A stretch of DNA of 64,000 nucleotides, from the NCBI RefSeq assembly GCF_016432865.1, contig NC_067399.1:569222001-569286000 (forward strand). Direction: 5' to 3'. This document shows, piece after piece, positions 1 through 11,811 of the stretch. Source of the stretch: Antechinus flavipes (lineage: Eukaryota). The position numbers and the translations under genes are program-made. The stretch's first letter is position 1. Each line of letters begins with the position of its first letter. The notes beneath the pieces were generated by a model. It worked only from the letters and a program-made list of their open reading frames with translations. It was not told the DNA's origin and ran no database searches.

Positions 1-153
1 TGAACCGGCAGTCAGCATTTCTTCAGGAACCTACCCCTTCCCCTGACTCCAGCCCTCCCCCTTCCACAAGCTGTGTTCCAGCAGGAGGTCCCCAAGCCCA
101 GGGGCAGCAAGCTGGAGGGAAGAATACTGCGAGCGCCATTCTGGCTTACTTAC

Positions 154-296
154 ATATGATAGGCATGTTAGAGATGGCTATGTAGTTGGAGGGGTGGATC
201 AGGGTGATGTCGAAGGTGGCCTTCATGGCTGGCTCATCAAAGCATGGGAAGGATTTGCGGGCATCAGCTGCTTGCATCTGTGTCGTGGCCACAACC
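154..296 (-). CDS. ANPEP: Aminopeptidase N second coding exon (143 nt)
   Basis: Acceptor tttgctcag|G and donor T|gtaagt. Translates in frame with the first exon as (K)[47 protein letters not shown], the conserved M1 motif TQMQxxDARxxFPCFDEP. Missed by the ORF track. The gene continues off the left edge. Confidence 0.98.
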
Positions 297-834
297 CTGA
301 GCAAAGATTCGAGTTATTGCCCCTCCCCATAATCATGGATTGCCTTGGCCACAGACTTGATCACCAAGGGGAAAACCTACTGAGAATATCCACTTCCCTA
401 AGTGAACATTAAACCCACAAATATTAAACACCTACTAAGTGCCAGGCACTGTGCCCAGCAAAGCAGGTACTCCGCTCTACTGCTTAGAACACTCCAGATG
501 GGAAAGCTGGTCAGGTAATTCAGGGAACCTCTGACCCACACATTCACAAAAATAACAAGAACAGTTCTTGTTTAAACTGTTCAAAGCATATTCTTCACAA
601 CATTGCTGCAAGCTGAATATTAGCACCTTTTATAGGACTCAAGGGAACTCCAAAGCCCTCATTTAGAGATGAGAAGACTGAAGTCAGAAAGTCAAAATCA
701 CACTGCTAATAAGTACCAGCATTTGACTCTATCTTTGCTATTGTGCCATACTGCATCTTGTTATTATGTTCTTTTTGCAGATAAGAGAAAGAGAAGAAAA
801 ACTTCAAACTCTGCTGCCTGAACCCAGGGAAGGA

Positions 835-1045
835 AAAGGTGACACAGTGGGTAGAGTGCCAGGCTTGAAGTCAAGAAGACCCAAGTTCAAAACTGGCCTC
901 AGTCTCTAGTTGTGCACCCTGGTCAAGTCCCTGAATCTTGTTCAGGCTGTTTTCTTATCTGCAAAATGGGGATAGGCCACCAGGTTGCTGTGAGGAGCAA
1001 AGGAGCAAACATATGTGAAACCCTTTGTGAACTTTAAAGGGCTTT
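835..1045 (+). mobile_element. MIR-like SINE in the ANPEP intron
   Basis: caggcttgaagtcaagaagacccaagttcaaa...tttcttatctgcaaaatgggga. Similar MIR/MIR3 relics at about 4480-4680, 12280-12420, 16290-16420, 36305-36560 and 51990-52200. Confidence 0.7.
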
Positions 1046-2299
1046 GTAAATCCTTGCTGTTATTTAAAGAATACCTTCTATGTATCAGAACAATGACAGA
1101 AGGGCTGGCCTGCTGCCTCAATTAGCTGTCAATAGAGAAACAAACAGGATATAGCTTCTGGAGTCCTTGCAAAAACCACCGAGTTTAGGTACAATCCAAC
1201 CCATGGGTCAGGGTGGGAGGATGGAACATATGTACGACTGCTTCAGCAATCCCTACAATTACCTTTCCAGAGGACCTCAGAAAAACTGGATTAATTCAAG
1301 GACAAATGCACAAGTTTAGAATTTCTCTATGTAGGTGTGAATGGTGCTCAATTAAGTCCCTGGGCTCAGAATCCTTGAGTCAACCTTTGAATTAGCCCAG
1401 ATTTTCTGTGATCCTTGAGGGATATTGTAAGGCTGATTCAGACCTCCCCCCCACATTCTCCCCAACACTACCTAGGACAATGTTGCTGTCACATAAACAT
1501 CTGAGGCCATCCTAATTGGAACCTTTTTTGTAAGGGGTAGGTTACCAGGCCATATCCAAGGCTACTTCCAAGGATGTAATAGTATGAGGCAAGGATGTAG
1601 TAGGATGGCAAACACGCTCATTTTATTATTGCTCCATACCTACTTTCCCATTTGGTTAGAGCTATACTCCTAGTCAATCCTTTGGGGTCAAATTTTATTA
1701 CAAATTGACAAGAACTAGCTTGTAACTTAGACATTAAGTGGTTCTCAAAGTTACAAGCTAGTCTTAACATCTTGACATCTCAGTGGCTCAGGCAACTGTA
1801 AAACTAATTGCAAAACAGTACCTGATCTGCAATTCACAATGTGTGAGACAGCAAAGGCAAACTTGATTATCTGCATTATGCAGATGAAAATGATTCTCAA
1901 AGAAATTTAAGGACTGCCCTAAAGTCAAATAGCTAAGGAAATAGTAGAATCAGGTCTTCTATCTCTCAATATTATGATCATTCCATAGCACCACAATGCC
2001 TTTCCATGAAATACATACAAGCTGGCTAGACCCAAACCACAAAGACCGACTGGCTTCCACAATGGGAAACACCATAAGGTTCTTTTCTCTTCTTCTCTGG
2101 GGGATCTCTCTCTCCCATGACCAACTCTCAAACGATATGGGGTTCCTGTTTCGATCTCATCTTTGGTCAACTTCCACTACATTGTTGTGAGTAATGGCTA
2201 TTATTGGGTCTTTGCTCTTCAGAACCCCAAACTCATAATTCCTCTTTCTAGTAAAAAAAAAAAAAAAAACCCTCACCACAGCAGGGCCCCAGTTCTTAC

Positions 2300-2901
2300 T
2301 TGTTTACATTATCTTCCATATATTCACTGCGATAAAAACCAGCCAGATCATCAGCCAACTCTCCAACGAAAGTGGTCTCCATCTCATAGTATTCGCCAGC
2401 TTTCAGGTCACTTTTCAGATGCACGACCAGATAGTCGGTTGGTATCACCAGCTCTGTCTTATCGATCTGGGGAGGCTGGGAGTTACCTACTCCCTTCAGA
2501 ATCACATGGTGGCCATCCTTCATTGTATAATTGAGTTTTTTACTATGGATGATAATGAACTTGGTTGCCTCTTTACAAAGGAAGCGAACGGTGCTGTTAC
2601 CAAAAAAGATATATAAACCTTGATCATTTTTGGTCAAATAGGGTCTTAGTGTCACTTTGTAATTCTCAGGGATCAGAGTCTTTGGCAGCCGATAACTGTT
2701 CCAGGGCAAGCTTGGATCTGGAGTCGTGGTGGCTGGTGTAGCACTGGTCGGAGTAGCAGTGGTCCCCTCTGCTCCCGATGAATTCTTGCTTTTTTCCTGG
2801 GAATATACCACCGACAGGGCGATGATGGTTGCCACAGCTGTTACAGCAAAAAGAATGCCGACAATGCCCAACGTCTTAGAGATGAAGAAGCCTTTGCCCA
2901 T
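2300..2901 (-). CDS. ANPEP: Aminopeptidase N (CD13), first coding exon: cytoplasmic tail, type II signal-anchor, Ser/Thr stalk, start of M1 peptidase domain I
   Basis: Translation [37 protein letters not shown]...[20 protein letters not shown] matches mammalian APN. Kozak context gccatcATGG at 2901. Donor AA|gtaaga (GT at 2299-2298). 602 nt, phase 2. Confidence 0.98.
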
Positions 2902-2971
2902 GATGGCAAAGGGGTGGGGGGTGGAGGTGAAGGGGACTGGATATGGGAGAACAGGGATCTGGGGAAAATTC

Positions 2972-3040
2972 TCAGAGAGATCTGTAGCACTTGTCCTGGG
3001 CTTTTATAGAGCAGGGTGAGGGGAGGACCACGAGCAGCAT
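2972..3040 (-). other. 22-codon uORF ([22 protein letters not shown]) in the long ANPEP 5' UTR
   Basis: ATG 3040-3038 in weak context (cttaATGc) and TGA 2974-2972. The ATG lies upstream of the TATA box, so it is present only in distal-promoter transcripts. Translation is not demonstrated. Confidence 0.45.
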
Positions 3041-3105
3041 TAAGAGGTAAAAATTAACCAGGGCTGAGACAGGCGAAGGTCACGTTCAATGGTTCAGGTC
3101 CACAC
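2975..3105 (-). promoter_or_regulatory. ANPEP: ANPEP proximal (epithelial-type) promoter: TATA box, Sp1-like purine box, HNF1 site, nuclear-receptor half-sites
   Basis: On the minus strand: TATAAAA 3008-3002 and GGTTAATTTTTACC 3059-3046 (HNF1 consensus GGTTAATNATTAAC). Box GGGTGAGGGGAGG at 3014-3026. TGACCTTCGCCTGT ends near 3069. The order and sequence match my recollection of the human ANPEP promoter/5' UTR. Confidence 0.85.
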
Positions 3106-3164
3106 TTTCCCTAGGGCTCCAGAGAAGAGATATTGGCAAAGGGATTGGTCAACAGCACACCGGC

Positions 3165-3190
3165 CCTGCTGGAAGCAAACAGTGTCAGGT
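3165..3190 (-). promoter_or_regulatory. ANPEP: 3' splice site (NAGNAG) for a transcript coming from an upstream ANPEP promoter
   Basis: Minus strand reads ctgacactgtttgcttcCAG|CAG|ggcc, with a branch-like CTGAC, a pyrimidine tract and tandem AGs at 3170-3169 and 3167-3166. It lies about 265 nt upstream of the ATG, similar to the human exon-2 acceptor position. Confidence 0.6.
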
Positions 3191-6100
3191 TACAGTCTGA
3201 AAAAAGCACCCCAATGGGCTGTCTGAGTTTTGAAGCACAGCAAGGAGAATTGTCATCAAGGGTTTTAAATGATCTCCAGGAGGAAATGGCTTTCAATTAT
3301 AGCAAAAGAGAAGCTGCTTAGGACAAGAAAGAAATGTCTGGTAGCAAAAAGGATGAACAATGAGTTAAAGGTGTCTAGGACCTGAGGTCATCTAGTTCCA
3401 CTACCATCCTTTACAAATAAAGAAACTGAGGTGGAAAGATTGTCACTTGCCCAAGGAAACATATAGTCATTAATAGAGCTGGAGTTTACCCAGTTCCTCT
3501 ACTCTCAATCTAGCTATTTAGAGGGATCTAAATAGTTTTCAAAGCAAAAAGAGCCCTGTGGTGAGAAAGGACCCCCATTCAAAAACAAAGTGCCCATGCT
3601 TTACCTCCTAAGCCTCAGTTCCTTCATTTGTAAAATGAAAAGGTTAGGCTACTACAAGACTTCTAAGGTCCTCTCCAGATCCTGATCCTGTGATCTGAGG
3701 TCTAATGTTAATAAAGATTCCATAATTTTCTTTGATAAAAATTTCCTCACAAAACTTATGCTCAGAAAATTCTTGCTACTAACTAACCTAAGTGCTTTTT
3801 GGAGATTTGTTTAGTTATAAGTAGGGGGAAGTAGGGGGAAGAGGAAGACTGTGATTCCCTTGTCTTCTTATGGTGGGAATAGAGATAAATCTACTTCATT
3901 TCCTGAGCCAACCAACAGATATACATTCTTTTGGCATAATGAAGGAAGATATCTCTTTGAGGCTTTTAATTCTTTTCTTTGCTGGCCTCCTGAATTCTCT
4001 AAACTTTCTAAATCTCCATTGACTTGAGGATTGTTATTAATAATAATAATGACAACTCACATTTTGTATATAATGCTTTGAGGCTTACAAAAACATAAGC
4101 ACTGTAAGGTTTACAAGCATATTACCAAATGCTTTTGCTCACAATCCTATGGGGTAGGTAATCCAACCATCTTCATTATCACCTTAACAGCTAGCATTTC
4201 TAAAGTACTTTAAAGCTGGCAAAGTGCTTCACAAATATGATCGAATTCTCCTCTCAACAATCTTGGGAGTAAAATATACCATTTTACAGATAGGGGCAGA
4301 CAGTGGTTAAATGATTTGTCTAGGGTCACCTAGCTATCTAAGTTTTTGAGGCCAGATTTGAACATGTTTTCCAGGCTTCCAGTTCAAAGTTCTATCCATT
4401 GTTCCACCTACCTGCCACTAGGTTTTGTGGGAACAGTTTCACAGTTTATACAGTTCTATTCTTGCTTTTGGCAGCTAGGAGGCACATTGACAGTCCAGAT
4501 CCATTCTCAGACATCTGCTTCCTGTGGGATCTTAAACAAGTCATTTACCCTTCTGCCTCAATTTCCTCAGCTGTAAAATGAGATAATAGCACCTATTTCC
4601 CAGGATTGTTTTGAAAATCAAATGAAAAAATTTTTGTAAAGTGCTTTAAATTTTAAAGCAGTATATAAATGCTAGCAATCTTCCCATTTTAGTTCAGAAC
4701 TGTCAAGGTCACAATTCAAATCCAGGACTCCTGATACCTGATATAATAATATAAAGAATAATATTCTTTCCATTATATCATGCTTCCTCCAACAGTCTAA
4801 TTCTAGACCCCCAAATAAAAATATAACTCACATAAAATACCTGCCAACTCCGAGCACAGCAGGAGAATTACTTTGTGACTGCTATAAGCTGTATGCATTC
4901 CTATTTATACCCAGGGATCATATTCCCATTTTCAACTAGAGGATCACATTGCTGACATAGAACTCGATTAGAACATTAGGGGACACCTTCCCTAAGGATT
5001 TTTATTTTTTGGCAGGGGAAGCAATTGGATTAAGGGAGTTGCCTAAGGTCACAGCTAATTATGTGTCTGAATTCAAATTTGTCCTCAGGTTCTTTGGATA
5101 CCAGGACTGGTGCTGTCCATTAAACCACCTAGCTGCCCACTATGGATTTTTAAAAATAGCCACATCTAGATTTATCAATCTATTAACCAAATGATGTCCA
5201 AGCCCTGCATAAAAGACATCATCCTTGTCCTTTCTACTCTTTGTCCAAGTAAAATAACTTTGAAGCAATCCAAGATTACAGAGAATCTAGGACTGAACCT
5301 ATTTGAACCATTTTGGACCCTATGCATTTAGGACTCAGGCGAGGGATGAGGGAAGGATAGCTCAAGGTGAAAAAAATGGGCTCAAAAGAACATTAGAAAT
5401 TAGGACTAGGTAAGAAATCAATAACAATTCAAACATTTATTAAGCACTAGCTATGTGCCCAGCAAGAGAGGCAGCTGGCTCAAAGCCGGAAGATCTGGGG
5501 TTCAAGAGACACTTTCAACATATGCCAATTGTAATGATCCTAGATAGGTCATTTAAATTCCCAGTGGTCTAAGAAGTTCCTTAATGCTTAAATTGAGAAG
5601 ATATAGATATAAACTTATTTATAGAGTATTTCCCCACCTGGAGGTTCCCAACACCAAGGAAATCATAGATCCAGGTATGGCTAGGGGCTGAGAATGTGAA
5701 ATATATGCGTAAAAATTAGATAAGTCATTTCAAGAGGGAGAGTGTTAAGTCTTGTGTAGGAAAGTCCTTGCATGAGTGGTGGAATCTGAGCTGAATGAGA
5801 AAATAAAGATAGAGCAAACCTTAAGAGGTAGAGATAAGGAGAGCATATTCCAAAGAGATACAATACACAATGGTGAGTACCATTTAGAAAGAAAAAAAAA
5901 AAAAAAACCACATCGGGCCAATTTGATTGGTCTAGGGATAGTGCAATATGAAAAAGAATATGAGTATGGGATTCTTCTTTTCAGCATGCAACCTTGGAGC
6001 AAATTACCCAACCCTTTTTGAGTATACCTTTCAGAGAAATAGGGAGTGGAGAACGAGGCTGGATGCCATTGAATAAATGGGATAGAGGCAGGAGGGGAGA

Positions 6101-6710
6101 GAAGGTAACTTGTGGGGGGACTGTGAGGAGAGAGCTGATAAACATTTACAATATGAAGAAAGTGGAACCTGATGAATGCTGATGATTCTTCTAGCTCTGT
6201 TGATCTCTACCTCTGATCCATATAGGTCAGCCAGAGAAGGCGAAGTCTTTTCTTTATCAGGGGCCCAAATGTAGATGGATAATTGGATGAAATGATATTA
6301 AATCTCAAATCGCAAGTCTGAGTAAAATCTGGGCAAGGTATGACCCCTTTTGTACATGATTTCTACCATCTCCTGCCCACTCTTATTCAGAAGATGATCC
6401 CTTGAGGTACAAATGATCCCTTTGGCAATCAAATTTCCACAAATTTAAGGTGACAGCAGCACCTTAAGGTCACCAAAGAGCACCTTAGTGGGAAGCAATT
6501 AGTGTCATAGGATTTAACACTGGAACAGACCATAGAAGGCAACTTTTCTAACCTCTTCTTTTAGATCCTATTGGTCTACTTGCTATTCTTTAGAGATTAC
6601 ACTTGATCTTCCATTTCTTTTGCCTTTGCATTAGCTGTCCCTCCTGTCTTGAATGTTTTGCCTTTTACCACCTTGACTTAAAACTTGGATACTTTTGCTA
6701 AGAGGCTTAT

Positions 6711-6930
6711 AGCAGCTAGGTGGTACTATCAGTACAATACTGCACCTACAGTCAGGAAAACCTGTGTTCAAATCCATTCTCAGATACTTAACTGGCTGCA
6801 TCACTTATTCCTATTTGCCTCAATTTCCTCATCTAAAAAATGAGCTGAAGAAGAAAATAACAAATTACTATCTTTGCCAAGAAAACCCTAAATGGGGTCA
6901 GGAAGGGAGAGATACAACTGAACAACAACA
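6711..6930 (+). mobile_element. Mar1-like CORE-SINE with RTE/BovB-type tail
   Basis: CORE plus tail tatctttgccaagaaaaccctaaatggggtca...caactgaacaacaac. Other copies at about 19180-19382(-), 32975-33190(-), 37390-37630(-), 40780-40870(+), 51312-51530(+) and 63620-63820(-). Confidence 0.75.
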
Positions 6931-8978
6931 TAAATATTAGGTATTAGCCACTGGGGCAACTGGGAAAATCCTTTCCATATGTTGTAGCTACTTTGTATGT
7001 ACATTATTTAACCAGTCTCTCATTAGCAGGTGAGCTCTTTGAGGGCAGGATTTGTTTCTTCCCAACCACTAGGACCAGGCATGGAAATTTCTAAATGCTT
7101 AATTATACTTGTTGATTAATTTCCAGAGATAAGAAGACATTTGATCCACATCTGACTCCAAACTTTTACCTCACAACAATTAGTGGAAGTCACCTAAGAG
7201 AAAGACCTTCCAGCTATACGGGGGAGTTAGGCTACTTTGGAATTGCCCACAGGCACCTTGGCTATCAGCATAGTGAATGATAGGACAGTTACACTTATAT
7301 ACCCCCATCAAAATAGTATCTGGACTATGTTCCAGAGACAGTGCTAGGGTTAAAGACAGGAAAATTTTTTATTTTTATTCATATATATTTATATGTAATA
7401 TATATACATACGTATACATGATATACATGTTATATTTTATATAAATTTTAAAATATATAATTTAAGAATATGAATAGCAGTATGACAGTGGATAGAGAGA
7501 ATCTCAGAATCAGAAAGATTGAACTTCAAGTTCATCCTATGACAATTCCAAGATTGAGCTGAAGAGAAGCTGCCAATATGCATTGGGAAAAGAAATTTCC
7601 TTATTACATGTAACCTATATGTTCTCAGTGAAGTCACAGATCCAACCTAAAACAGTCAGACAGGTTCAGGTAGGTTTATGATGAGTTTGAGAGGCCCTGT
7701 GGGATATAAAGAGGGAAAAAAAGGTTTTGGAAGGCCTAATTCTTCCTCTAATTTGCTGGGTCACATGAATCCTTTGGCCTTCACTTGTAAAATGAGGTAT
7801 TTAAACAAGATTAAGAGCCCTATATCTTTAAAAACAATCTTCCTCAAATTAGAAGCCAATCAGACATATGCAAAAAAGTTAATAAGAAAAATAAACACAG
7901 GGAACATGCTAGTTTCCTTGTTTGACATCAGGATTAGTCTTCAATTGCCCTCACATAGACTTCCAGGAGCTGAGCTATGGGGGAATTTAACTTTGAGACC
8001 TTCACATTCTGGTAGCACTTTGAGCTACTAGTCAGCCCTGCCAAAATAATAGCTATACTATGTTCCTGAGGCTACAAATCCCAGGGCTTTTTCCAGCTCC
8101 CCTCCATATCATCCAAACCATGTTGGCTAGGGTATTCTCAAACTCAATGGCTAAGGTCTAGGAGTAAGACTACTCAAGATGCCCTCATTGTCTGAATGAA
8201 AGAAAAGGCGGAAGGTATGATCTCAGTGATGTAGTAGAGAAGGTCACAGACTCGGCAAGAATGTTGCCTCACAGGGTTGGGAAATGACAAAAGGGAGTTC
8301 TATGATTTGGGGACAGGGTTAGTATGCTTCAAACTGGTACCTAAAGGTATACCCTGATGCCCTCGCTCTTCAATCTGGCAAAAATCTCCTAAGAAATCCA
8401 TTGAGATGAGCTAGCCTTTCTGTGGTCTGAATTCTCCTGCCCTTTTGCTTGTGCAGGGGGTGTTCCCACTGTCTTGGAGGCAGTGGCTAATGTTTTCTCT
8501 AGGATGGAGGAGGAAAGAAATGACTCATTGCCTATGGGGACTAGAAACTAATCCCCAGGGAGCAATTAGGTCTTCCTGAAATTAAAGGAAAAGAGAAAAA
8601 GAAACCTCTGCATCAGTGCTACTTAAGAACAAAAGGTTAGGTCCTAATATGACCCTAATACTAGCACAGATCCAGGAAGATGTAGTAACAAGGCTGAGAA
8701 GCACTAAGTTGTCAAGTTGGGGGTGAGGGGAGTGAAGAAGGGAGAGAAACATTTAAAAGTGGGCTGCTAAGTCGAGCAGGATAATGTCCCATGACTACCA
8801 GTAACAATATGTCAGCCTGAATCAGCAGCATACCCTAAATATCCAGCTGTGGCAATCCTTATGCACCAAAAATGATTCTAAACTGTTCCTGGTCAAATCT
8901 TTTGCCACCAAAATACTAGTAGGTGATACAGAGTTTGAAATAAAATATGGTAATATAACAACTCAAAAACACATCCTC

Positions 8979-9763
8979 AACAATTTGGAACTATGCTCAA
9001 AAAGTTATCAAACTGTGCATACCCTTTGATCCAGCAATGATCCTATTGGGCTTATATCCCAAAGAGATCTTAAAGAAGGGAAAGGGTCCTGTATGTGCAC
9101 GAATGTTTGTGGCAGCCCTCTTTGTAGTGGCCAGAAACTGGAAACTGAGTTGATGTCCATCAATTAGAGAATGGCTGAATAAATTGTAGTATATGAATAT
9201 TATGGAATATTATTGTTCGGTAAGAAATGATCAGCATGATTTCAGAAAGACCTGGAGAGACTTACATGAACTGATGCTGAGTGAAATGAGCAGGACCAGA
9301 AAATCATTATATACTTCAACAACAATACTATATGATGATCAATTCTGATGGACTTGGTCATCTTCCGCAATGAGATGAACTAAATCAGTTGCAATGGAGC
9401 AGGAATGAATTGAACCAGCTACACCCAGTAAAAGAACTCTGGGAGATGACTAAGAACCATTACATAGAATTACCAATTCCTCTATTTTTGTCCGCTGCAT
9501 TTTTGATTTCCTTCACAGGCTAATTGTACACTATTTCAGAGTCTGATTCTTTTTGTACAGCAAAATAACGGTTTGGACATGTATATTTATTTTGTATTTA
9601 ACTTATATTTTAACGTATCTAACATGTATTGGTCAACCTGCCATCTAGGGGAGAGGGTGGGGGGAAGGAGGGGAAAAATTGGAACAAAAGGTTTGGCAAT
9701 TGTCAATGCTGTAAAATTACACAGGCATATAACTTGTAAATAAAAAGCTATAATTTAAAAAAA
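8979..9763 (+). mobile_element. 5'-truncated L1 (ORF2 C-terminus plus 3' UTR)
   Basis: ORF2-like YAQKVIKLCIPFDP...MFVAALFVVARNWK sequence, G-rich 3' UTR, AATAAA and A tail. Same family as the 23.7-kb and 54.5-kb copies. Confidence 0.92.
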
Positions 9764-10762
9764 TCCTCTCATTTTGTCCTCAAATACCCTGTGATGTGGA
9801 TATTACAAATATTATTAGTTTTATTAATTTCTCTTCTATAGGCGAACAGTTTTAAAGTCACTGGGCAAATGACTTGCCCAAGATCATGAAACTACTAAAT
9901 GTCAGGGTTAGGATTTGAACTCAGACTCCTTCTAACTTGAAGACCAGTATTCTTTCTGCTATACCTCTAAAGCAAATCTTTGGGCTCAAGAGAATCGCAC
10001 AAAGTTGAATAAACAAGAAATGTCAAGGTGAGCCAAAATGCTAGTTATCTAGACCCCGTCCCAATCCCAACATCCATTGTGTCACAGATCCACTAATAAG
10101 ATTCAACAAAGCTCCCCATCTTATTCAAAACTTAGATTTCTAAGGTACCTGATGTCTACAAATCAAATCATAAACTGATAGATTTAGAGACAGACACTGG
10201 ATTCCATCAAGTCCAACTTTTTCCATTTTTCAGATGAGGAACAGAGGCTGAGAAAGAATAAGATTTGCTCAATCACATAGCTACTCAGGCTCCAAGTCCA
10301 TTACCCTACCTTCAAGCTGGAGAACAGAGGCAAGAACAGTCAAAATGGATTAGATCTTTTGGGCTCTGGGTATGTAATCTAGACTTATAGCCAGAAGTGA
10401 TGCTGATTAGGCAGAAGGTGGTGAATGTAGGGTTTTTATTAAACCCACACATAGCCCATCAGACCTCTAGATGGGTGTGGTCACCTGGGGGTGGAGAAAG
10501 CTGACTTAAGAATGGGAAGCAGCAGTTATGGTTTCCCTGCATTCAGCCCCAAAGTCTGAGTCAGGATGGGGCCCTGGGCCAACTCAGTGGGGCACTTCCT
10601 ATGAGAGTTTCAGAAAAACATGTTTGTACTGTGAGAACTGAGCGTCCCTCAGAGAGCCAACATCCCATTCCACCACAACTAAATAGGATGAAGGTCAGAA
10701 GAAGCTTAGTGATGAATGGATTAGGGAGAGAAAGCTGGGAAAGGGGAATGTTTTAGGGACCC

Positions 10763-10903
10763 ATTTTTTTTTTTGAGGGGAGGAATATTAAGTGACTTGC
10801 CCAAGGTCACACAACTAGGAAGTGTTAAATGTTTGAGACTAGATTTGAACTCAGGTCCTGACTTCAGGGCTGGTTCTTTATCCACTGCACTACCTGGCTG
10901 CCA
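10763..10903 (-). mobile_element. WSINE1-like short CORE-SINE
   Basis: Reverse complement gives ggcagccaggtagtgcagtggataaagaaccagccctgaagtcaggacctgagttcaaatc...aagtcacttaa plus an A tail. Confidence 0.8.
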
Positions 10904-11237
10904 CTAACCCCAAGATGCCCTAGGATCTGTCAGGTCCTCTTTTGTTGGCAGAAAAGATACAGGCAGTGATTAGATGCCTTAGACACCTTGTTCTTTTACA
11001 GAAATGTTTTACTTGACTGCATATGCATTATCTATATTAAATTGCTTACCTTCTCAAGGAGGGAAAGGAAGGCAAGAGGCAGGGAAACAATTAGGAACTC
11101 AAAATTTTAAAAAATACATAGAAACTTTATTTACATGTAATTGAGAAAATAAAATGAAAATAGTTCCCTGCATCCTACCATGCACACAAATTATCCATTC
11201 TAGACTTTGAGCCTACACTATAATATTGGTAGAAGTT

Positions 11238-11402
11238 TTTTGGTTTTGTTTTGTTTTTTGCTGAAGCAATTGGGGTTTTAAGTGACTTGTCTAAGGTCAC
11301 ACAGCTAGTAAGTATTAAATTTCTGAGAGCAAAATTTGAACTCAGATCCTCCTGACTTCACAGGGCTGGTGCTCTATCGACTGTGCCACCTAGCTGTCCC
11401 CC
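11238..11402 (-). mobile_element. WSINE1-like SINE
   Basis: tRNA-like head (A/B boxes) and an A-rich tail on the minus strand. Confidence 0.8.
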
Positions 11403-11811
11403 ATAGTGAATTTCTTTCTACTGATACAGACTCCAAGGCTGAGTCAAGAAACAAGTTTTATGTGCCACATAGGACAGAACTTTTTGGTGTCAAAAATTAA
11501 TCCCATGCGCCAGGAATGTCCTCCTCCCTAATTCATGCCTCTTGGAACCGTTGGTTCTTTTCCATGTCCAGCTTAAACATGCCAGTTTCTACAGGCAATT
11601 TTTCCTAATTCTCTAAGGAATTAGATTCTTTACTTTCCAACTGCCTTTTTCATGGATTTATGTATCTAGGCTCACAGGGCTGCTCATTGCAAGGCAAATT
11701 CCTGGAGGAAAGGGACTGTTTTATTTTTGTAACCTCAGCACCTAGGACAGTGCTTAATAGGACAGGTGCTTAATAAATGAGCAATTCTTATCCTTATTAA
11801 AAGTGATCCTT

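Noticed and set aside
194-412. 72-aa plus-strand ORF
   Set aside because: Antisense to ANPEP coding exon 2 and starts at GTG.
2896-2901. N-myristoylation at Gly2 of APN
   Set aside because: Lys at the next position and no small residue at position 6 do not fit the consensus.
2163-3019. Plus-strand ORFs 2163-2534, 2419-2616 and 2726-3019
   Set aside because: Antisense shadows of the ANPEP coding exon, with no independent homology.
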